Virus record (IMG/VR): IMGVR_UViG_3300020123_000428
Origin: an uncultured virus (IMG/VR IMGVR_UViG_3300020123_000428)
Taxonomy: Duplodnaviria > Heunggongvirae > Uroviricota > Caudoviricetes
DNA length: 64,000 bases
Reading direction: 5' to 3' (one strand)
The position numbers were made by a program, and so were the translations under genes. Under the pieces are notes generated by a model that was not told the origin of the DNA, did no database searches, and saw only the letters and a program-made list of their open reading frames with translations. Numbering within the stretch: position 1 is the stretch's first letter; the number at the start of each line of letters is the position of its first letter. Positions 39,098-47,408 of this stretch are shown here, piece by piece.

Positions 39098-41002
39098 ATG
39101 GGTAAGAAGACCGAACGTATCGCCGAGCTCGAGGAGACACTCGCATCCTCCCGGATGCTGATCTTGAGCATCGCGCAGGATCTCAACATCGCCGCGCTGC
39201 TGCCGCATGACTGGCGTCAGCACCCGTTCCAGGTGGCGCGGCTGTTTACTCGGGCGATCGGGATCCGGCCAGCGCCGGGCCCCGTCGCTCCGACGAGCTC
39301 GGCGGACGCCGAGACCGAAGCCGATCCTGTGTCGCGCTCGGCGCCGGCCGAGACGGGTACGACTAGACCGCGCTCGGCGTTCCCCGAGACGCCTGAGCTC
39401 CCGTCGTTCGACGCCATGGTCGACGACCAGGTGGCGAAGATCGAGCGAGCCAAGGCGCCGGTCGGCGCGAACGCCGTGGTCATCTCCGACCCAGGCGCCG
39501 AAGTACCGCTGGAGATGATGCATACGCTGCGCAACGTCATCGATGCGGTCGCCCAGGAGCTCGGCATCGAGCACGAAGGGCAGGCCCCGTTCGACGTGCT
39601 GTACGCCTGCTACAACGAGATCCGGCGGATAAAGAACCCCGACGGTACGATCGATGCCGACACCGGAGATGAGGCGCTGTCCAAGGGGGATTCCCTCGCC
39701 GAGGCGGTGGCGCACGGCCAGCGCACCGAGAACACGCTGCGGGAGCAGCTCGAGGCGTCGCGCACCCTGGTGAACCGGATCGCCGGCGCGCTGCAGATCA
39801 GCACGTGGTCACCGGATGGCGCAGAACTGCTTGAGCGCGTCCAGGCGTGGTCGACGGCACGCACGATCCTCCGGCGGTGGCACCGCTCGATCACGATCGA
39901 GGTCTCCGCCGATAGCAACGTGCGGGTCCCGGCGAGGCACGTACGGATCAGCCTGGCCGAGTTGATCGATCGGATGGATGGGCCCGGCTCGGCGGACCGA
40001 GACTTCAGGACGATGAAGACCGAGACCACCACAGCAACGTCCGCGACGAGCTCGGCGCCGGCGGAGACGGCAGCCCAAACAGCGACGACGTCCACGGACA
40101 AGGCGTGCCAGGTCTGCGCGCGTTTGGAGGCGCACCCGGACCACCGGGATCGCGGGATGACCAACTATCACCAGTTCGTGTCGAGCTCGGCGCCGGCCGA
40201 GACTGTTGCAGCGCCCGAGACAACCACAGCGGCAGCATCGCCCAGCGTCCTGACGGCGTGCCGGGTGTGCGGCATGCCCGAGGGGTTCTTCGATCACCAT
40301 GGGCTGGGGCCGATCGCCCACCCGTTCGTCCCCGGCGGCCAGTTCGCACCGGTGACCACGACGCGCTCGGCGCCGGCCGAGACGGTTGACACTCCGTCGG
40401 CGGCTCCAGGGATGCCGGTCGGCCTGCTCCTCGATGAGGAGAAGATCCAGCTTCTGCAGTGGCTGTCCGACCACTCCACGATGATCGGGGGGGCCAGCGG
40501 GCCGCGCGTCGTGCTTGACGACGTGATCCGGGCAGCCAAGATCGCGCTCGCCAGCGCCAAGCACCCGGACGACCCCGAGGAGCGGATGAAGCGGATCCGC
40601 GAGCGCATGAGCCGCCTGAAGCACGGACCGAAGGGCACCGGGCAACCTGGCTCGTGCGAGCCCGACTGCCTGAAGTGCGAGCTCGACCGCGAACTGAAAG
40701 CGCTGCAACTGGGACGCGCGGCGCCGATCCAGTGCATTCGCTTCACCGTGAGCCTCATCCGCGAGGCCGAACTCCCCGGCCAGTGGGTGTCCATCTTCCA
40801 TGAGCTCAACCTCAAGTCGGGCGGCGTGACGCCGCAACGCGCCCTCCTGGCAGGGGCTGCCGCCGTGCGGATGCTGGTGGACCACCGTATGACCCAGGAC
40901 AAGATGTTGGCCCACGAGGTGTTCGCGGCGCTGAAGGCCCAGGGCGGGTTCCGGGGCTTGTCGGACCGGATGATCCTGGCCGACGACAAGGAGCAGGGCT
41001 GA
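39098..41002 (+). CDS. large mosaic protein with SAPAET-type repeats
   Basis: AAGGAG RBS; TGATG-coupled to the Cas12m-like gene; CxxC...H motifs. Confidence 0.65.
   Translation: MGKKTERIAELEETLASSRMLILSIAQDLNIAALLPHDWRQHPFQVARLFTRAIGIRPAPGPVAPTSSADAETEADPVSRSAPAETGTTRPRSAFPETPELPSFDAMVDDQVAKIERAKAPVGANAVVISDPGAEVPLEMMHTLRNVIDAVAQELGIEHEGQAPFDVLYACYNEIRRIKNPDGTIDADTGDEALSKGDSLAEAVAHGQRTENTLREQLEASRTLVNRIAGALQISTWSPDGAELLERVQAWSTARTILRRWHRSITIEVSADSNVRVPARHVRISLAELIDRMDGPGSADRDFRTMKTETTTATSATSSAPAETAAQTATTSTDKACQVCARLEAHPDHRDRGMTNYHQFVSSSAPAETVAAPETTTAAASPSVLTACRVCGMPEGFFDHHGLGPIAHPFVPGGQFAPVTTTRSAPAETVDTPSAAPGMPVGLLLDEEKIQLLQWLSDHSTMIGGASGPRVVLDDVIRAAKIALASAKHPDDPEERMKRIRERMSRLKHGPKGTGQPGSCEPDCLKCELDRELKALQLGRAAPIQCIRFTVSLIREAELPGQWVSIFHELNLKSGGVTPQRALLAGAAAVRMLVDHRMTQDKMLAHEVFAALKAQGGFRGLSDRMILADDKEQG
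39297..39390 (+). CRISPR. intragenic three-repeat mini-array
   Basis: 19-nt GCTCGG-N6-CCGAGAC at 39297, 39336, 39372; spacers 20 and 17 nt. Confidence 0.55.
39987..40383 (+). CRISPR. intragenic hairpin repeats
   Basis: repeats at 39987-40003, 40050-40068, 40185-40203, 40365-40383; half repeats at 40020 and 40215. Confidence 0.5.
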
Positions 41003-42927
41003 TGTCGGTCCGCGTCTACGAGTACGGTCTGCGCGCGCCCACCTTCAACGCCGATCTGGTGGACGAGCAGATCTTCAAGGCCCACCGGTACCGCAACCTC
41101 CTGACCGAGATCGAGCAAGCGCGGCGCGTGGCCGTGCGGCAGATCATGAGCGCGCACCCCGACATGGTCCCGCTCGATGAGGAACTCCGGGTCCTGAACG
41201 AGCAGATCGAGGCCGCGCGGCAGGTCATCATGAGCGCTCGCAAGGCGACCCGGTCCCGCTCGGAGACCGCCGAGCAGCGCGCCCAGGTCCGCGAGCTCAC
41301 CGCCAAGGCCAAGGGGTTGCGGGAGCAGATCAAGGGCATCCGCAAGGCGGTGGCGGAGGACACCGCGATCCGCGAGGCGCTCGATCGCGCGGACGAGGAG
41401 TCGGAGGAGAAGATCCGCCAAGCCCGCGCGGTGTGTGGCGTGTACTGGGGGACCTACCTCCTGCAGGAGGCGGCGGCGCGGCAGGCTCGCCAGGAGCGCA
41501 TGCCGCCCAAGTTCCAGCGCTACCGCGGCGAGGGCCGGGTGTCGGTGCAGCTCCAGAAGGGCCTCGAGCTGGCGGACCTCTGGGGGACCGACACCCAGAT
41601 CCGCATCGAGCCGGTGGCCGAGGCCGCCCATGATCCGCTCACCCGCCGCGGCGATCGCCGGCGGCTCGCCCGCACCAACGTCATGATCCGGGTCGGCTCG
41701 GACAAGGGCAAGCCGATCTGGGCCACGTGGCCGATGATCTACCATCGCCCGCTGCCCAAGGGCGCGGTCCTGAAGGTCGCCACGGTCAGCCGACGTCGGC
41801 GCAACTGCTCGACCTGGGACTGGCGCCTCCACGTCACCGTGGACACCAGCGCGTGCGAGGCGCGCCCGGTGCCGGCAGGCGGCGTGGTCGCCCTGAACCT
41901 GGGCTTCTGCATGCGTCCCGGTGGCGGCGTCCGTGCCGGCTACATGGTCGGCAGTGATGGCGAGGAGCGGGAGATCTTGGTCAACAAGTCCGACGCCTAC
42001 CGCGGTCGGGACCTCTCCGTGGAGGAGCAAGCCCGGCTGGGCGAGTGGATCCCCAACGGCTTCGCCAAGGCGGAGAGCATCCAGTCGATCCGCGACAAGA
42101 ACCTCGACCGGTTGCGCGCCGCCCTCCTGGCGTGGCGCGGCCGCGCCGAGCTCGACATCGGGGCGATCACCGAGATGATCCAGGAGTTCCGGCGGGGCCC
42201 CCGCGACAACCCCCGCACCTGGAACTGGGGGGACCCGCCCCCGCCGGTGATCGCGCCCGAGATCCCGGAGTGGCTCATGACGACGACGCAGGCCATGCAC
42301 GCCTGGCGATCCCCCGACCGCTTCCGGTCCCTGTACCGCGCCTGGGGCCGCCAGCGCTTCGAGGGCGACGGGGTGGGCTACGAGTGCCTGGGTGCGTGGG
42401 TCGAGCGGGACGAGCACCTGGAGCACTACGAGGCCGGTCTGCGGCGCTCCGCACTCCTGGACCGCCGCGAGTCCTACCGCATCCTGGCCGCCCAGATGGC
42501 CCGCACCTACGCCACCCTGGTCATCGACGACACCGATCTGCGCGCCTTCCAGCGCAGCCCCTCCCCCGAGAGTGGGGATGTCGAGTTCAACGCCGTGAAG
42601 CGGAACCAGCGCCTCGCCGCCGGCAGCGAGCTACGAGGCGTCCTCATGAACGCCTTCGGGCCCGGCCGGACGGTCAAGCTCTCGGCCAAGGATGTCACCC
42701 GCCGCTGCTACCACTGCGGCACCATCAACCAGTGGGAGCGATCCACCGCCGACCGCCTCCACACCTGCAGCGAGTGCAAGGTCCAGTGGGACCAGGACGC
42801 CAACGCCTGCCGGAACCTCCTGCGAGAGCACGAGCACACCAAGGACGCACCCGCAGCGCCGGCCCCGGACAAGAAGCCCAGCCGCTCTGAGCGCCTCCTG
42901 GAGGCCAAGCGCCGGCGGGCCGCGTGA
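41002..42927 (+). CDS. cas12m: Cas12m-like (type V-M) / TnpB-superfamily RNA-guided DNA-binding protein with non-canonical RuvC
   Basis: 641 aa; long N-terminal coiled coil; YWGTY, RYRGEGRVSVQLQ, YHRPLP, VALNLGF (RuvC-I, N for D), WRSPDRF..L..AW, LVIDDTDL (RuvC-II, D for E), CYHC/CSEC Zn finger, WDQDANA (RuvC-III); blocks match my recollection of MmCas12m. Confidence 0.8.
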   Translation: MSVRVYEYGLRAPTFNADLVDEQIFKAHRYRNLLTEIEQARRVAVRQIMSAHPDMVPLDEELRVLNEQIEAARQVIMSARKATRSRSETAEQRAQVRELTAKAKGLREQIKGIRKAVAEDTAIREALDRADEESEEKIRQARAVCGVYWGTYLLQEAAARQARQERMPPKFQRYRGEGRVSVQLQKGLELADLWGTDTQIRIEPVAEAAHDPLTRRGDRRRLARTNVMIRVGSDKGKPIWATWPMIYHRPLPKGAVLKVATVSRRRRNCSTWDWRLHVTVDTSACEARPVPAGGVVALNLGFCMRPGGGVRAGYMVGSDGEEREILVNKSDAYRGRDLSVEEQARLGEWIPNGFAKAESIQSIRDKNLDRLRAALLAWRGRAELDIGAITEMIQEFRRGPRDNPRTWNWGDPPPPVIAPEIPEWLMTTTQAMHAWRSPDRFRSLYRAWGRQRFEGDGVGYECLGAWVERDEHLEHYEAGLRRSALLDRRESYRILAAQMARTYATLVIDDTDLRAFQRSPSPESGDVEFNAVKRNQRLAAGSELRGVLMNAFGPGRTVKLSAKDVTRRCYHCGTINQWERSTADRLHTCSECKVQWDQDANACRNLLREHEHTKDAPAAPAPDKKPSRSERLLEAKRRRAA

Positions 42928-43319
42928 CGCCGCGCGAGCGATGGGATGCGGCGGTGGCGCTCCAGCACCAGACGGTAGCGCAGATCGCCAGACTTCCGCT
43001 GGACGAGGCCGGCGACAGTTCGTGCACGGATCTGGTCAACCGCGCCACCTACGAGCTGATGGAGGCGTACCGGGAGTTGAGGTACGAATACGAGTCGCAC
43101 GCTTGGCGTGGGTCAGAACCACATCCGTTGTACGACTTGCTCATGCCAGAGTGGTACGCGGCGTACAATCTGCACCGTGAGGCGATGTTCCAGCGGGAAC
43201 GCGTGGGCACGCTCTACCGAGCCACTCTGGCTATCGATGAGCAGTGCCTCGCAATGGCGCGCGTGTATTCGGCGATCCCGTCGCACCTGAAGGTGGACTC
43301 GACCGGCGTCGAGGCATGA
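42924..43319 (+). CDS. hypothetical protein
   Basis: GTGA-coupled to the cas12m-like gene. Confidence 0.5.
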   Translation: MTPRERWDAAVALQHQTVAQIARLPLDEAGDSSCTDLVNRATYELMEAYRELRYEYESHAWRGSEPHPLYDLLMPEWYAAYNLHREAMFQRERVGTLYRATLAIDEQCLAMARVYSAIPSHLKVDSTGVEA

Positions 43320-43366
43320 TGAACTCGGACAACATTCCGAGGCCGGCTCGATGTGCTCTGGGAATG

Positions 43367-43506
43367 GCTCGTCGCCGACGAGACCAGCTGTCGTCCCTGG
43401 TTCCGCTCGGGGATGCCCGAGACGAGTGGGAAGTTGTGGTCAGGATCCGCTCGGGGATCGCCGAGGACAGGTCACAGCCGAGACGCGTTCATCAACTGCC
43501 CGAGAC
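43367..43506 (+). CRISPR. degenerate mini-array downstream of cas12m-like gene
   Basis: hairpins 43367-43384, 43405-43423, 43449-43468; half repeats CCGAGAC at 43478 and 43500; spacers 20 and 25 nt. Confidence 0.6.
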
Positions 43507-43531
43507 CCGTGCTCTCAGTCCCAAAGAGGTT

Positions 43532-43903
43532 ATGATGAATCCCCGCGATCAAGAGTTGTTCGACGGCCGCCCGAAGATCACCAAGCCGTGCCCTCATTGT
43601 TCCGGGCATGGCCGGGTCACAGTCGGCTATGCGCTCATCCACTTCGAGCGTGCGTCGATGCCTGAGCCACTGGACAGGATCCCGCCCGACGCGATCTGCG
43701 CCCTGGTCGTCGGCTCCTCCGGCATCTACGAGTGCTGCAAGGAGGCGGTCGAGATCGCGGCTCGAGCGCAACGTCCCGTTGCCTTCGAGTTCTGCAGTCA
43801 GATCGTCATCGCCAGAGCAGGGGATGATCCGGTCCGGCTCGCACGCGAGTGGTGGATGATCGAGTACAAGGAGACACCAGAGGCCAGCGCCGCGCGACGA
43901 TGA
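43532..43903 (+). CDS. hypothetical protein (CPHCSGHG)
   Basis: GAGG RBS; flanked by mini-arrays. Confidence 0.5.
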   Translation: MMNPRDQELFDGRPKITKPCPHCSGHGRVTVGYALIHFERASMPEPLDRIPPDAICALVVGSSGIYECCKEAVEIAARAQRPVAFEFCSQIVIARAGDDPVRLAREWWMIEYKETPEASAARR

Positions 43904-43911
43904 CACAAGGT

Positions 43912-44030
43912 GGTCCAGCTCGGTGGGTTCGACCGAGACGCGCTCTCGTCAACCATCGGGTTCCGCTCGGGGAATCCCGAGACGCCAGAGCAAGGGATGT
44001 CCGGTCCAGCCCAGTGGCAGAACCTGGGAC
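43912..44030 (+). CRISPR. three-repeat mini-array
   Basis: GGTYCM + hairpin + AC at 43912-43939, 43959-43983, 44003-44030; two 19-nt spacers. Confidence 0.65.
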
Positions 44031-44109
44031 AGTTGTGCTGCCTTGCCAGTGGAAAGTTCACTTGACACCCGACGTCTGCTTCGCACAGGCTGTCGGGTAA
44101 GGAGATCCC

Positions 44110-44514
44110 ATGCTCACCGCCGAACAACTCCATGACCTGCACCGCCGCGCTGATGCGGTGACCCTGCCCAGTGCCGGGCCGTTCTGTGCTCGGACCGCGG
44201 CTCGACTGCTCTCGGGGACCCACTTCCTGACCAGCGCGTGGGGCCCGCCAGCCATGCAGGCCGCGTGTGCGCGTCTCGCTCAGGGAGAGATCACCCAGAC
44301 CGACGAGTTGCCCATCAGCATCCTGTCGGCGGCGGTCCGCGGGCTCCTCCTGGTGTTCTCGGTGGAGCACGTCCGCGCCGCGCTGGCGTTCTGGGCCAGC
44401 GAGAACGATCCCGCCGTCTGGCGCGCGGTCACCGAGGATGGATCGGCATGGCTCGACGTGACCCGTCGAGACGGTGGTGGCGATGCGCAGCGGCTAGCTC
44501 GGCAGAACGGCTGA
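44110..44514 (+). CDS. hypothetical protein
   Basis: AAGGAG RBS; 3' end overlaps hairpin repeats. Confidence 0.5.
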   Translation: MLTAEQLHDLHRRADAVTLPSAGPFCARTAARLLSGTHFLTSAWGPPAMQAACARLAQGEITQTDELPISILSAAVRGLLLVFSVEHVRAALAFWASENDPAVWRAVTEDGSAWLDVTRRDGGGDAQRLARQNG

Positions 44515-44517
44515 GAC
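44451..44517 (+). CRISPR. two-repeat mini-array
   Basis: GCTCGACG-N5-CGTCGAGAC 44451-44472; 24-nt spacer; GCTCGGC-N6-GCTGAGAC 44497-44517. Confidence 0.5.
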
Positions 44518-44571
44518 GCGTCTGAGAACGACTCGCGATCTCTTGCGAGGCATGTCCGCAGCTTAGCTGCA

Positions 44572-44934
44572 TCAGATGTGGTACCGAATGTAGATCTCGA
44601 GCGAGGGAGGTCCCCCGTCCATGGACGGCGTGGCGATCTCGATGAGGAAGTTGGCGTTCGTGGTGCCCTGCTTGTTGATGGCGATGGGCCCCAGCGGGCT
44701 ACCGAGCTGGGAGGCGAAGCACGCCTCGACGGCCACGACATCCTGCAGTCCCCGGATGTGGCCCTGATAGTTGTAGGGCTGCGGCGCGAAGGTCTCCGGC
44801 AGCACCAGATCGGGCGTGGCCTGGCTGCCGAACAGGCCGATCGATGCCGAGGAGTTCGCCGCGATCGCGGTCCCCGTGATGCGGAGCATGTTGTCGGCGA
44901 TCTGCGTGACGGTCGGGGTACCCACGAACGGCAT
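44572..44934 (-). CDS. beta-rich protein, paralogue 1 (possibly structural)
   Basis: clear similarity to 45091-45450 (QI.D...RITG...PD.VLP.TF.PQ.Y.Y...LEIY.RYH). Confidence 0.65.
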   Translation of the reverse strand: MPFVGTPTVTQIADNMLRITGTAIAANSSASIGLFGSQATPDLVLPETFAPQPYNYQGHIRGLQDVVAVEACFASQLGSPLGPIAINKQGTTNANFLIEIATPSMDGGPPSLEIYIRYHI

Positions 44935-45090
44935 GGAGGTCTCTCCCTGAATTGGAGGGTGACCCTTGCCGGCGGCGGTTGTGCGCACGCGCGCCGCGTT
45001 AGCGGCCTCGAGCACCGGGGAAGCGATGTCGGTGTGGTGCCTCCCGGGCGGTCATGCCCGACGTCTCACTGGCCATTTAGGCCAATGCGA

Positions 45091-45450
45091 CTACTCGTGG
45101 TAGCGGACGTAGATCTCGAGCGCCGGCGTCGCGATGGTGAAGCCGTTGCTCAGGGTCGCCCGGAAGTCGGCATCGGTGGTGCCGGTCTTGGCGACGCCGA
45201 CCTGCTCGAAGTCCGCCACGACCGCAGCGGGGTTGGCGGTCACCTGGACGGCGTCGGCCAGGTGGACCGTGTTCGCCCCGTAGGTGTAGTTCTGGGGGTT
45301 GAACGTCGCCGGGAGCACGACATCGGGCGTCGCGCCGCTGTGGCCGGTGAGCGCGATCGTGCCGCTGGCACCCGCCGCCAGCGAGAGTCCGGTGATGCGC
45401 ACGAGACGGTCGGAGATCTGCAGGATGGTCGCGGTGCCGGTGAATGCCAT
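45091..45450 (-). CDS. beta-rich protein, paralogue 2
   Basis: similar to 44572-44934. Confidence 0.65.
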   Translation of the reverse strand: MAFTGTATILQISDRLVRITGLSLAAGASGTIALTGHSGATPDVVLPATFNPQNYTYGANTVHLADAVQVTANPAAVVADFEQVGVAKTGTTDADFRATLSNGFTIATPALEIYVRYHE

Positions 45451-45499
45451 GGGGGAGACGGTATCACCGCTCACCTTGCAGGTTCAATACCTACCTGAT

Positions 45500-45594
45500 G
45501 TCTCGGGTGGTGGTTAGTTCCGTTGGCGTCTCGGAGCACACGACGCCGTCGTCTCGGTTCCGTCCCATCGGCCGTAGTCTCGGCGTCCCCGAGC
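45500..45594 (-). CRISPR. one full hairpin followed by three CCGAGAC half-repeats
   Basis: GTCTCGG on + strand at 45500, 45528, 45551, 45577; spacers 16-21 nt. Confidence 0.55.
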
Positions 45595-45766
45595 GGGTCA
45601 CGTGCTACTGTAGCACGGTCGACGAGCACCCTGGGGCTATGCACAAGAAACTCACCTGTCTCTGCAACCGGCAATCGCACGTCGGCCGAGTGACCCAGGT
45701 GGATGTCGCCTGCGCCTGAAACGGATGCTGGGGGGCTCGTCGACCGTCTGACCAGGAGCGGAAACC

Positions 45767-45940
45767 ATGAAGCGCAAGCTGATCCTCAAGTCCCAGACCC
45801 TGCGCGTGCTCTCGTCGCGTGATCTCGCCACCGCGGTCGCTGGCGAGGCCGCCATCAGCGCGGCATGGTGCCAGACCCAGCGCAATTGTCCGCCGCCGGC
45901 CAGCGATGGCTTCAGCTGCGGCGGCAACACGCACGACTGA
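45767..45940 (+). CDS. RiPP/lanthipeptide-precursor-like peptide
   Basis: AGGAG RBS; MKRKLILKSQTLRVLSSRDLATAVAG leader; Cys/Ser/Thr core; 57 aa, below ORF-track cutoff. Confidence 0.55.
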   Translation: MKRKLILKSQTLRVLSSRDLATAVAGEAAISAAWCQTQRNCPPPASDGFSCGGNTHD

Positions 45941-45960
45941 TCCAGGATCACGTCGATGTC

Positions 45961-46011
45961 GTCTCCGGGTTCGGCCTCGGAGCGCGGTCTGTCGTCTCGG
46001 ACGCGCCGAGC
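45961..46011 (-). CRISPR. two hairpin repeats
   Basis: 45961-45983 and 45994-46011. Confidence 0.4.
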
Positions 46012-46183
46012 TCGCCCGCTGAACCTCTATGGGCCTCGGCGCCGCCGAGTTGGTCCACGCAGACATAGCACATGCGGACGTTCGCCACCTCGCGCCAGCG
46101 ACGGTGTGGCTTGGCTCGATACCCGGCGTCCCGGCGCCGCCGGCCGCAGCGCGGGCATCGCCGGGTCTTGTGGCCACGTCGTT

Positions 46184-46735
46184 TCAGGGTTGCTCTCGCT
46201 TCGCGTGCGCGAGGTCGGCCTCGGAGGGTCCGCCTCCCAGGTCCCCGGTCAGGTCGGACAGGTCCTGATCGCCCAGGGCGGTCTCCGGCATCGGCGCGCC
46301 GTCCATCAGCGTGGCGACCTTGAGCGGCGATGGCGGCGGCGCCGGCGGGGCCGCTGGCGGGGCGCCCAGCCGGACCAGCACCCCCTTGGCCGCCGTGCGA
46401 TCTTTGGGCACCGGCACGGTGCGGGGCTCGGGCGCCCGCACGGTGCGGTCCTTGTACACCATCCGCGGTGGCGGCGCCGGGACCGGGCGCCGAGCCGGCG
46501 CCGGCGCAGGTGTCTGGACGTTGTTGCGGGCGACCGCCTGGACCACGGCGCCGACATCGACCGAGGCCGGCACCGCAGTCAGGTGGCCGTTGACCAGCAG
46601 ATCGTGATCCGGGGGGATCTTGGTCACCACGCCCCGCACGGGGACCGTGTACGGCGTGGCGTTGGCGAGCTCGAACGATGTCCCCGGGCTCTCGGCCGCG
46701 GGCCTCTCTTCGGTCGGGGGCTGACTCATGATCAC
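46184..46735 (-). CDS. Pro-rich hypothetical protein
   Basis: GAGG RBS. Confidence 0.5.
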   Translation of the reverse strand: MIMSQPPTEERPAAESPGTSFELANATPYTVPVRGVVTKIPPDHDLLVNGHLTAVPASVDVGAVVQAVARNNVQTPAPAPARRPVPAPPPRMVYKDRTVRAPEPRTVPVPKDRTAAKGVLVRLGAPPAAPPAPPPSPLKVATLMDGAPMPETALGDQDLSDLTGDLGGGPSEADLAHAKREQP

Positions 46736-46751
46736 CTCTGGCCGGAGGGTA

Positions 46752-47147
46752 TCACGTGTGGACGCGCAGGCGGTCGCCGACGATGCGAGACGTGCTGGGC
46801 GGCAACTCGTCCAGGTCCCCCGCCACCCAGCGGTCCACCAGCGCCCGGAACTCCGAGGCCCTCTTGAGCTCCACGGGCGGCAGGTGCGCCGCGTCCACCC
46901 GCGCCACCGCGTCCCCGGGCTGGCGCTCGAAGAACGCGATCCGCACCAGCGGGTCCCGGCGCCCGGTCGCGCACGGCACGCTGATCCAGGTCTTCGCCGC
47001 GCTGAAGATGTCGAACTCGACCACCATCACCACATGGTCCGACACCTGCCACTCCCGGGCGCTGTCGTCCCGGGCGGACAAGAGCGCCGAGAACCGCTCG
47101 CACACCTGTTGGTATCGCATCTGCCCGGAACGTAGCATTGTGGTCAT
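46752..47147 (-). CDS. hypothetical protein
   Basis: ORF in minus arm. Confidence 0.45.
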   Translation of the reverse strand: MTTMLRSGQMRYQQVCERFSALLSARDDSAREWQVSDHVVMVVEFDIFSAAKTWISVPCATGRRDPLVRIAFFERQPGDAVARVDAAHLPPVELKRASEFRALVDRWVAGDLDELPPSTSRIVGDRLRVHT

Positions 47148-47237
47148 GCGCCTCGGTATCTGAAATGAACCGAGTCTCACCGTTCGATACCCTTGTCACC
47201 AGACGACGACGGATGCTGCCATCGCCTGCAACCGCTC

Positions 47238-47406
47238 GTCTCGGTTCACCCGAGCCGGTTCTCAACCAATACCGGCATCGATAGCGTCTCGGTTCAGCCG
47301 AGCCGATCTCGACAAGAGTCCCGGCGATCCGGCGATCCGGGCCAGTCTCAACCCAGCGCGCTTGTCTCGGACGCAATCCCGAGCCCATCTCGGAAAACGC
47401 CGAGCG
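47238..47406 (-). CRISPR. four-to-five-repeat mini-array
   Basis: hairpins 47238-47256, 47286-47304, 47318-47343, 47364-47385 and degenerate 47387-47406; the four main units are each preceded by GAGA. Confidence 0.6.
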
Positions 47407-47408
47407 CG

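Noticed and set aside
40294..42426. Long antisense or off-frame ORFs (also 1452-3161, 4244-6349, 10253-11968, 61306-62952)
   Set aside because: Shadows of GC3-rich real genes; no motifs
41002..42927. IS605/IS607 transposon carrying tnpB
   Set aside because: No tnpA or recognisable ends; coupled to both neighbouring genes; longer than typical TnpB with a non-canonical RuvC triad
43320..44100. Canonical CRISPR array with identical 30-37 bp repeats
   Set aside because: Repeats are short and degenerate with short spacers; reported as non-canonical mini-arrays instead
44473..44496. Other spacer matches inside the window (e.g. to ~2534; spacers near 45560 and 48600 to ~13381 and ~16999)
   Set aside because: Only 12-15 nt GC-rich partial matches, plausible by chance
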